Shown here one piece after another: positions 50,401 through 62,400 of a DNA stretch of 64,000 nt. Both the position numbers and the translations under genes were made by a program. Below the pieces are notes generated by a model. That model ran no database searches. It saw only the letters and a program-made list of their open reading frames with translations, and had not been told where the DNA came from. Source of the stretch: Rhopilema esculentum (taxonomy: Eukaryota); NCBI RefSeq assembly GCF_013076305.1, contig NW_027019640.1:4810378-4874377 (forward strand), given 5' to 3'. How positions within the stretch are numbered: position 1 is the stretch's first letter; each line of letters opens with the position of its first letter.

Positions 50401-53400
50401 TTTACCTATCTCATATTTTGCTTTTATTTGAGATGGAGTGATAGGATAAGAAAAGATACTTTTCAGCCAGTTCTTTATTGAAAATTTTTGTCTAAATTTG
50501 GAAGTCATAGCATTTTTTTTCTGTCATTGTAGGTTCTTGTTCCTACTTCAGCTGTTTCGTGTTCTAAGAATCGACAGGCATCGAGGTGCATTTGCTACCT
50601 TTCAGTGTGTTGTCCGTAATCATTTCAAAGTAAGTCTTCCTTCAACTGATTTAATGTTCTGTTAGTTACTCTAAATTTATTGTTAGTTCAATAAATTCAT
50701 CGTCCAGTTCTTCTTGCTCTTCAGACAGGCAGGATTTAGGGAATTTTCGTACATGTCTATTGTGTTTGTGGTTGAAATTATGTTATTCAAATAATTTTTT
50801 TTCTGATAAATTTATCAGTGACCATTGACACGCATATAACAGATAAGTACCTCTTTTGTAAACCCAATACCCAAATTCTAGCGATTTCATAAGAATAGAG
50901 AACGATGATTCATTCTGGAATGATCCAAACGTCATACTGTCGTCAAACCCGTGATTGAAACGTCGTTTAGAGCAGGAGGATCTTACTTCTAGCCAAACCT
51001 TTCATTTGTCTTTCAAGTATTCATGATTTGCAAAGAAATGTGTGGCACAACCACAAGAATCACTAGTGACTATCTATAATTCCATGTGTAACTAAGCACG
51101 GAAAAGGAAATTAAGACATTCTGTAGCTGTTGTCATTAGGCAACCAAAAATCTAAATTATAGGAATATCATCGATTGAACGTACAAGATTAATTCCTTTT
51201 CATCGATTGTCCTGGCCAGTCTTAAGTCTCAGCTGAAAGTCAACTGGTGTCATCATGGAGGCTGGGGGTGTCTGTGAAAGCTGCCTTGATACAAAGCGTA
51301 TCTAATAGAACCATAACAATGAAGATACTAGATCAGTAAACACCTAGTAGCTATCTTGCTCAATGAGGAAATGTTGTGTAAACCATTGAAATAGAGAAAT
51401 TGTCAAGAAGCCAACGAGGATGCCCCTTATTTTTCCTGTCTGCTTTTATGGCAGAAAGTCTTCTGAGTCTTTCGCAATATGGGGTAGTTTCATGATAAAG
51501 TCCGTAAATGTTTGCATAGGCTCTGCTGAAAATATCTGAGAATTAATGATTTATTTGATGAAGACCATATATTCCAACGTGGACTTGATTCATAACAAGC
51601 AGCAATTGATAACAAACAATTTTTCCTAACAAACAACAATTAACAGCTCGCTGTCTACCAGAATTTTGAAAGAGGCAACATTCTTTTCATCCCACATTGT
51701 TCGACCATTGACTGTTCTTCATCAATGGTCACGAGGTTAATGGCAAACACTTTTTGCCTTTTTATTTCTTATTAGTTTTATTTTGTTTAATGATACAGCT
51801 CCTAGATATATTTTTATTAAAACAGTTATTCAGGAGTAGCTTGAATGTTCGTTGTCGTGAAATTACGTTACCTTTACAGGAATGCTTGAATTAAAAGAAG
51901 TAAATTACGTCATAACATGAATTAACAATCACTTGCCTAGAGCATTTTCCAGGTCTATTTAGCTACGACTGTGACTTTTATCTCTTAGCAGTTTGATGAA
52001 TTGTCCTTTAAAAACATGATATTCCCTACTAACAAGTAAATCAATAACCCTAAACTAATAAGCTTTTGGTTTGGCAGTTGTACTAGCAGACATTAAAAGG
52101 TTTTTCCTACTTTCGGATTCAGATAAGCTGTTCTTCCAGTCCTTCTTGTTTTTATCTAAATTCAGAGTGAAATGGTAGAATTCTGTCAGTGACGCAAGTG
52201 AATCTAGGCTCATTAATTGTCATTTTCTTTTAGGAACTCCTCACTTGCTGGTATATGGGATTTATCGTTATTATGTTTTTGAGCTATATAACATACGCCG
52301 ATCCGAGTCATACGTCATCAAAGGGGACTGTTTCTGACTTGGCTAATGGATTGTATTGGGGTGTGGTGAGTTATGTTTGTCCCATTTATCTTGCTTTACA
52401 AAGCCAATGAATCTCTACTTTGCATATGTTATGGCAAATTATTTTAAGTAGATAAGATTACAGAAGGAAAGATTATTGGTCTTTTCTGATGTGTACAGCT
52501 CATGTGACTTACTTTTTGGCTTGTCCTGAGCTGCATAGCGATACGTAATGCCCGTTTTTCAGCATTCAGAGATCACGAGTTTTCCTTACAAATACGATTC
52601 CAGACTCTGACCCAGACTTGGGTTACTGCTCTTAATTTCTTCCTTCCTTCCTTCTTAATTTCTTTTAATTGCCTTGTTTTTTGGATAACTGTGGTAAGTC
52701 GTCAACCAGAAATAAAAAAAATTTGCGAAATCTCTTGAAATGGAATACGAAATATTCAGAAAAAGAATTTTTCAGGGCAAGAGTATTTTGGTACGGTCAA
52801 GCAAAGGGATTGGGAATAACCCCTCAAATTCTAATTTGATAAGCTCTGATTTGTAGGGAAGTTTTGATGTAGTTGCTATGCAGGTCATACACGCCATTTG
52901 TCAAACTCTTGCCTACCGTATTATGCCATAAACCAACCTTTGATGCCATAGAACACCAATGAGTACCACAACACGCCTTACCCACCTACCTACCATACCA
53001 GCATAGATTTCAATACGTAAGCTGCGATGTTGATTGTGTTTTACAAAGACCACTTTTCGACGTCGCTGTTATTATTGTCAGTCAGTACCCCGACTCTATA
53101 AACATTTCTCAATCATGGAATGCCAAGACTTTATACTATGAATAATATTTACGTATTTAGCCCTCGCAAAGACCGCCGGTTTTTAATTTTACTGGCGTTG
53201 GACGTCATAGTTCATGTGTGTTGGGTCTTTTAATTTCGCTGGGCTCAGTGTTTGAATAAAAAGACATGATAAACCTTTTTTTGTATGTTTAAACCCTGTA
53301 TGTTCACACGAGAGTTGTTATGACAACAGTTGCGAAAGCTTGAAAACTGAAATGAAATTAAAGAATGGAAACGAATGTTTCTCGGTTAAAAATTCTTAGA

Positions 53401-56400
53401 ACCTATTGAACACAATCATGTTCATTATTTTCTTTATTGAACCATAATCATGATTGAACACTACAATAAGAAAGAGGTATGTTCGTTTTGTGGGGGGGGG
53501 GGGGGGGGGGGGTTGGGGGGTTGATTTTGGCACAGAATAATAGACTGTTGAGGAAAAGACAATTGGGTTAAAATTTTCAATTTGATTTAAAACTGATTAC
53601 AAAGCAATACTTCTTATCTTTTCAATTTGACTTCGTAACAACAGCAAAATAAAGCTTTTTCGGGTACAGAAAAGCCTAAGTCGAATCTGATCCTATATGT
53701 AAGCACTAAGAGGGAGTGTATCACATCAAAGTCGACCACGCAAATTCGGCTCCGATTGCCTGCCAACGTGGCCTAAAATCAACCAAGTTTACAGGTTGAT
53801 GCTTATCATCCTAACCCGCTTTCAACAAGTTTGAAATTTTCCAAAATACTTTGTTAGTTGATTTCGTTTTCTGTGTTTCTAAATTTTGGTGTCATTCTTG
53901 CAGGTTTCAATGACAACCATTGGATATGGCGATGTCTCCCCTGTTACCGGATTGTCTAAAATAGTTCTCTGCATATTTGCACTTATGGGAGCAGGGTTTA
54001 TAGCGATGCCTGCTGTGAGTATGTTTTACATTTCCTTAATCTTCTCCATCTGCAGTCGCATAATAATCTCGAATTGATCTCATTGTACTGAAATCTTATT
54101 TGTTTTGAAGCATCCAGCAGACAATTTAAGATGAAAAAGTGCGTATGATCTCTGCTGAATGCAAATCAAACAATTTAAAAATCCGAGGGGGGCTTCATTT
54201 GTCTCTAAGCAACATTTGTCAATTTTAAGCCATTGTATAGTTGCCAGCTTGATAGTTTATAAGACCTGACTATATATTGCGACAGATCATATAATGAGAG
54301 GATGGCTCAGTTGTTAGAGGCGCTGACTACAGACCCAAGGGTCCGTGGTTCGAGTCCCTGTCATGACCAAACTATCACCCAGAGTGGGTAGAGTCGCCAC
54401 CAGTCAGGCGTGGTCACATCGAGAGAAAGGGCCCAGGACACTGCTCGATAAGCATAACTTCTCAGTGTCCTAAAAACAACCTATGGATGCTAGGTAGAAA
54501 AAAACAAATACAAAATACATGACCATTAGTATTTGCACAGAGCAGGGGCATGGCTGTGGAGGATTCTGTGATGTCGTCCACCGCCTTTTTAATTGCAGCA
54601 ATGAATAAAGCAAAGCTTTAGGTAAGATTAATGGAGAATCCCTTGGAATCATATTTAAGAGCTTAGAAGCCAAAATTGAGCTTTCTTGATGCCCCTCCCA
54701 TACATTTATCATTTGTTCTAGCAAGGTGTAAAATTTAAAGCATTTTTTAGAAACCTAGCAAACTTGTAGGAAAATGTTTCCACAAAATAAATGAGAACGT
54801 TATAGCATGTTTTCAGTCTGGTTCTTTGGTGGTAGTGAACGAATTGAAGATCTTCTAACCTTGGATTATCTTTGGTTATCTAACCTCTGTTGGACAAGAT
54901 ATTCTAACCAGGGGTTGCCTTACCTCAGTTTGTTGAGTGAAACCCTTTCTCCATCGTCACATTGCAGAGGCCAAATGTGAACTCCAATGCATGCATTTTT
55001 TAATAGCAGCTTACTTAACTAGCGATTAGTGATAATTTTTTTTAATTTTCGTGATAAAATTTTCTTAAGATTTCTTAATTCTTTCTTCTTCTTTATGTTC
55101 CAAATCTTTCGACGTTGGATGACACAGTAGCTCTCCATTTGTCTCGGTCCATTGCAGTTCTTGCTGCCCTCTCATACCGCATCCCAGTCCACTCCTTGAT
55201 GTTGTCATACCAACTCATCCTTGGGCGACCTCTGCCTCTCTTTCCATCTATATATCCTTCTAACAGTGTTCTGTATATGTTATTTAGCCGTATCAAATGC
55301 CCAAAATATTTCAGTTTCCTGGCCTTTAAGGTATTGATCAGCTTTCTTTTTTCATTCATTCGTTGAAGCACTTCCTCATTTTTCACTTTCTCGTCCATGA
55401 CAATTTCAGCATTTTTCTATATCTCAAATGCCTCAAGACGTTTCTCAAGTGTTGTTGTTACAGTCCATGTCTCTACTCCATAAAATTACTAAGTTTCTTA
55501 ATTAATAAGTGTTAAAGAGCTCCTTTTTTTAGAAAAGCACAAAAATGCAATATAAGATAACATCTTTATATAAGCTATCTTTGCCAGTTGAACCTGAAAT
55601 AGGTACCGAGTCATCGAAACGAATCATTTCCATTTTTAATTGTATCATTTTCAAACAGTTTCTTAAGATTGAGGGTGATCAGTACTTAAGTTTCTTTTAA
55701 ATTTTTTGTCAATGGCTTTAAAAAAAGCAAAAATTTTATAACATATTGGCTACAAAGCTTTTTCGTCTGACACTCCACAGAGCATAAAACGTCAGAATAA
55801 GGGTCCGAAAGAACACGATGAAAAATATATACTCAGTTATGGATCGAAATAGGCCTACACAATTTTTTGTCACCTTAGAGACAAGGATTTATGGATGGTT
55901 TTTTTTATGAAAAAATACCATGTGTATGCACTATCACTACCTTGAAGTGGTATACTATTCCCGAAATTTCAGCACGCGTGATTCATGCTTGCTTTATTAA
56001 AAGGATATTTATTTCTGAAAATAGAAGAAGTGATACAACCCACATTCTAACCCCCCCTTCCCCCCAAAGTTTTGTGATATTTGGATAGTATAATTCTTTG
56101 TTGTGTTTGAGGCCTGAAAATAAGTAAAATAGGTACAGCGCTGTTTGCTCATTTCATTCCTCCCGGTCTGAATGGTCACAGTGAATACAGAGTGTTGTTT
56201 TTATGTTTCTTAGGGTTGTGCCACTACTTCTATATCGTTTTTTCTCTACCTTTATAGGGTATAATTGGTTCAGGGTTTGCACTGCAAGTAATCGAGCAAA
56301 GGAAATTGAAACAAAAGACTAGACGAAGAAGACCAGCTGCTGAACTCATACAGGTACGATCTTCTTGCAGAATCCCGAACTAGTGGCAGGAAGGTGGAAA

Positions 56401-59400
56401 TAAACATTCGATCCACGTGCATACATACCTTTTATACTCCGCTTGCGGTCTCAAAATTGTCATGTCCATGCGAAAGACATTCGAATCGAGTAGGCATATC
56501 CGTTTCATCGGGATACACGAAGGGGTACCCTGCCCCCTCTTAGTATCTAGGGCGCTTCGTAGCATAAGTAGTGAAACGTACCAGCCAACGTTATGGCATC
56601 GAGTTAGAAATATCCTGGACCCTGCGTCGATACAATACGGCATATCCAGCGCAATTCAAGTTTTCAGTTGAGAGTGTGAATCGAAAAAGTTGCTTATTCG
56701 CAACAATTTGGTATTAAGAAATACCGGTATATGGAGAGGGCATTAACTTGAGCTTCATCTATGAACATCCAAAAGGGGCTCATACCCATCTACCTATTCA
56801 CAGCAAACTGTTTTACTCCCCCATTGATTTTCTTTCCTATTGGACTTATGAACAGACAATATTGGTGTTTCTTTGCAGATTGCATGGAAAGTTTATGCAT
56901 CTAACCCAGCGCGAGGCTTGACGAAGACTTGGCTGACACATATGAAACTACGGGTTTCTATGGTTAATAGTCACAGAAATTCTTTAGGTAATGTTATGTT
57001 TTCTTCATGTGTAACATTAGCTAACGTTTAATTTGTTTTACTAAAGATGTCGTTTTATATAAATAAAAAAAGAGTGACAATTTTTAGTGCTTGATTATGC
57101 AAAGCTTTTGGCATTTTGCTCCAAATATAATGTTGCTTTTTACCTGTTATAGCAGCCATTGGATTTTGGGATATAGTATAGAACTTTAAATTATTCCCTT
57201 TATTAGATTATCTGAATGCTTGTACTCAAAGGGTTGATTAAATTGTTTTGAGACCTTTCTAGCAAAGCATAGTTTTCCTGTCCGTAAAATGTTTGTTCTT
57301 GTGCGATTAGTTGTACTTTTAAACTGTTATTAATTTTGAAGCGTTTTGAATTTATCCCGGATGGTTGTTTCTAAGTGCTAGCTTTCATCACTGTCAAATT
57401 TTTTATCTTACAGATTTATCGGCATTGAATTCTAGCTACGAATCATTCGAAAACATCCACATTCGGTAATTCCTGATTTATTACCTATGGTTTCGAATTG
57501 TTTCTCTAACTAAGCAAGCCACAAAACCGTTTGTTTTATTACATTATGTAACATAACATGACTGAAAACTTTCCGTTTATTAATCTTTGTCTAGAAACCA
57601 ATGAATATGCACTTATACCATTATTTGACTGCCTGCAGTTAAGATTATGCTCCATTAAAGAATCGTATAGGCGTAATTTTTTGAGCGTGTCTTCCTATGG
57701 TAATGGTAACCGCAAGCCAGTTTCTTTGTCTGAGCGATCAAAAGAAAATATCAGGGGGTAAGCACCCATAAATTTTTTTTTCAATTTGCAGGGAAATCCT
57801 GCCTTTGAATGTCTATTTGTACTCTATTTATCCTTGTATTGCGGTGTGTTTGAAGCTAGTCGCTAAAGGTTCCTTTTGCTTAGAAAAGTTCTTTATGGGC
57901 TTTTTGAAGCAATTTGTATGCAAATATGTCGTGTCGCAAAATACGCAGGCTGTTCTGAAGTGTACAACTACAATAAATCATTTTGTATATTATGATACAA
58001 ATATCACGATGTTTTGTATTGGTATTTTATCACAATGTATTTTATTATGAGTTATAGAGTCCAGCGACATGTTAACTAAAGTTCGTTATTTGGAAAATTC
58101 GGCAAACAGTTTTATGAAGCACATCGGGCCGCCCTCGTAATGGGTTTAGGTTTAAATATTTATTTATATTTTGCATAAACACAAAAATTCTGCTGTTCAA
58201 TTGGTTAACAGTTATTGGCTGCCTCTGCCGTTAATTTTTGTGGCCTAAGTAATGCAAAGGGCTTAAACAGGCATTTCGAAGGTGATACATTTTTCTTTCC
58301 ACTTATGTTTGACAATTGGATATAAAGGTTATAGAAATTTAATGAATTTTCGACAAAATTTAGTTATCATCTTTTGTAGAAATTATTCAAAATTTAAACT
58401 TAAAATACAACTGGTTATTTTTCAAGATTGCATAGTTGCAGATATTTTCTTTCTTACTGAAATTTGTAAGGTTTTAATGATTTCCTTTGCAATCAATTTC
58501 TTCACTGCAATGAAATCTTGGACCAAGGCGAAAGAAACCCTTAGAAAATCAGGGAGAATTTATTGCAAATTAGAAACTTTCATGAGAGCATTGCCTTTGT
58601 TCCGGTTACCGTTAATTGCTAGATAAGGATAGCGTTTATTTTGAAGACTACCTATTTTTATAAAGGGCCATTTCCAGCATCTACATTTAATCCTGTTGTT
58701 TAATTTATACAGAAATCTCACAATTGGCGAGAAGCATGCTCTGGGATTCATAAGACGTCTTCAGATGAACGTTGCTCTGCGTAACTTCAAGGTACTAGGC
58801 CCATTCGTTATGCTGAAAGCTAACAAAATTATTCAACTATCTTCAGTTGCTTAAAATGGTCTTTTAGAATGTTTTTCTTTGCTGAAATCGATCGGTGCGA
58901 GGGTACATTTACAATTCATTATCATTTTCCTTGCAATATTTACCGACAGCTTTTGAAAGTTCTATTGTTTATGAACATTTAATGCAGTTTTGCGTAATGA
59001 TGCAAACCAGTTTTGATGCAAATTTGGTTGTTGCGGAACGCTCAGACGTTGGTGTCGCGAGAGCTCTTGCTCTTTTTGACCGTGACAAATTTTTTATGCT
59101 TCTTGTTTTCAATTTTTTTGCATATGTTGAAGCGGCAGTCCTTGCGCATTCAATGGTATAGCAACTTAATGATAGCTTTTTCCCGTCATTGTGATAAAAC
59201 ATTGTTTCTAGACACTGCTCAGAAGTCAATTCTTTTTTTCTGTCGCTACCATCTTGAGGAAAAACCCTCACAAAGTTTGCTTACAGATCGATAAGATTAT
59301 TTTTTCGACGAATAAATAGATGAAAGGCCAAAGAAACTTCAAGAAAAAATTCGAGGAAATTGATAAAAACATTTTCATGAAAACTGACTTTGAAATTTGT

Positions 59401-62400
59401 AAACAAATTTTCTCTAACAACAGATTCGCAACTGAATTCGAAACTGTCCGGATACTTTCGTGAGGGGAGTGTAGTCTAGTGAATGCCTGAGACACTGCAT
59501 CTCTTGGTAAAAAGTCAGTTAAATATACGAGGCTTTTAAATGGTGCACGGTGAATTGTTTATGTCAGGGGCAAGAGAATATTGACGTAAAATACTTCTAT
59601 AATTTTTTGCATTCCAAATTCTTGTATCTTATTGATATTTTACTGTCCGAGAGGCTTGTCAGTCTCAAGGGTCTGTGGGCGCTTGTGTTCAGGGGCGGAA
59701 GGCTTGGTGCAGGGCTTGTTCTTAGTAGAGAGGACTGCTCGCGCCAATTTGCCAGCCCAATTCCAATTAGGGAATGTTTTGCAAGATTGGGACGTTCCTG
59801 AAAACTAGACTCGCAATGCGGTCTCACATTCTTTTTTCAGCACTTTATACTTTAATTAATGCAAATTTTAACATCATCAAAACAGAATAGTATCTTTATG
59901 ATGATGAGCATTTTGTTTAAGTGTATGTGGAGTTGTAGTTTTTAACATTCTAATTTGAAATACTATATGATTTTGTTGAAGTATATGAAATTTAAAAGCT
60001 GCTAGCACTTGTCAGTACATTTTAAAACAGACTTTTTTAAGCACTGTTGAATTTGAAGCGATTAAAAAGTCTATCTAGAATCGTGAACTGTGTCTTCCTA
60101 ATGTTGCGTTTAAATTTTTATCGATGTAATTGTGTCATTATTTTAGCAATCCACAAGGCCGTATGATGTCAAAGACATTCTAGATAGATTTGCGGCAGCC
60201 CATGTTGAAATTTTTGAGAGAATCAAGGAGATCAGGAAAAAGTAAGCATGCTTTAAATGTTCCATTTTGTCATCTTTATTTCCTGTGATGGTATGATTTC
60301 GTCCCTAAGGTATTTTTACTTTGGATTAGGCCACCTAGATGGATTAGGCCACTGACTTTGAAATTTCGTTCGACTCCCTGACATGACCAAATTTTCATTA
60401 GTCGATAGTCGCCAGCTCACTGCAATTCCAGGCATAGGAATCCCGGGGTGTGGTCACGTGACTGAAAAGGACTGGGACACTGCGGATATAATATAATGGA
60501 TTGGGTATACCCTAAGTGCAAAATCCGCTCAGTCATGATTTTTATGACTGCGATGCTATTGGTTGACCTGGAACTGGTCACATGAACTCACCTCGTACTG
60601 ATTGACAAAACAATTTCCATCAATAGCAAGTTGTCAACAGCGGATGCAAATATCACATGAAATAGCAGCGATCACGCCGAAACCAAATGACCCCCTATAG
60701 AGAAGGCCTATTTACCATGACTCAATGCCTTTAAGTGTCCTAAAAACTACCTTCGGATGCTCAGTAGAAACAATAAAAATAAAAATAAAAATGTAAAAAC
60801 AAAAAAAAATTTAAATACAAATGCAAATACGAACGATACTTAATTTCGAAAGGTCGAATTGTCAATTGTGTGAAAGACCTATTGGAAATGCACTGTTGCA
60901 AACGTTTCCATAAATTTTTTGCTATAAATTTAATTCTAAATAATTGCTTTCGGTGTTCTTAAAATAAAGTAGACAATGGACGAGGTTGGAAGGTTTAAAT
61001 TTAATAACCCTACTGGAAGAATTTTGAAGTAGGATGAAATTTTTTATCAATACTTTATATGGCATCGAATAGAGTTCTTAAGTGATGACGTCACTAAAAA
61101 TATTTTTAGAATATGCGAATTTGGATCCTATAACCTGAAAAAGCATCATAAATGTGCAAAAGCAGTCAATTGTGTTACGAATTGGCAGAGATATGACCAC
61201 ATGTGTACTGGCTCTTTCCCCATCAAACCTCTGTATTTTGGTCCCTGTTCGAAACTTTATGAACAGAGCCAAAATAACAGTGATTCGTTAGGAAACTTCA
61301 AATCTTTCGTTGGCCATATCTCAACCGATTTTGGACATATTTGGCCAAACTTACACATTTCCAAGTATTTCATGATGATCTTTTATGTTATGTGGTTAAA
61401 ATTCAAAAATTCTAAAAATAGATTTTTGGTGACGTCACACTGTAGAACTCCATAGCGAGGCACTGTTTATACTCGTCCCAGGCTTTGTTCATGAAATATA
61501 TTTCAAACTTATAAACTGAAATAACATCTTTTTTTAGGGTTGATGATTCAAGGGGAGTTCAAGGTAAATAGCTTTTGGACAATATTTTTACTCTTGACTT
61601 TGATGTTTTGGCTAGTTCTAATTTTAGAGCACTCTTTGTTACTGCTTTGGAAAGGCTCTTGTACATTTTTCAGTCACAGCAAAGTACCTCATTGTTGTTA
61701 ATGGATCCTTAACTTTTTCCAATAAAACCTTTCATTTTCATGATGCAAGATCGTTCGTTTTTATAGATAAATGGTTTAACAAATAGCTTGCTATCAGACA
61801 ACATAGCTTTTTAGGGTAATAAATTCCTTAAGGTTTCAAATTTTCATTTCAAATCAACCTATAGTCGAATTTATTAAACGGTTTTTAAAGAAATTAGCTC
61901 TTTGCCTGTGTGTGTTTAAAAAATACAAGTATTCAATATTAACAAGGTAGTACAGTGTGCTTATTTTAATTGGATGAAAATTTGTTTCTGTTTTTAGAGG
62001 AAATTCAAGCATCGAAGGTGGAAACCGAAATGAAACTTGAACGAATTGAATCCAAGGTTTGTTTGAGAAAATAACTTTGTACTTTCATACCATGCTTGAT
62101 AGCAAGGCCAGTCAGATGGACATTTGTATTTTTGAGAGAATATAGAGTACCGAAGTATGACGTCACCAAAAATCTATTTATAGAATTTCTTGAATTTGGC
62201 CGCATAATCCGAAAGAGCGGCATAAAATACCTCTCATTGTGCAAAATTAGTAAGATATGTTCAAAATTTGACGAGATATGACCGGTGAAAGATTTTACGT
62301 TTGCTAACGGATTACTGTTATTCTGGCCTGGTTCATAAAGTTATGAACCAAGACCAAATTACAAAGGTTTGATGGGGCAAGAGCCTGTGCTCAAGTGGCC

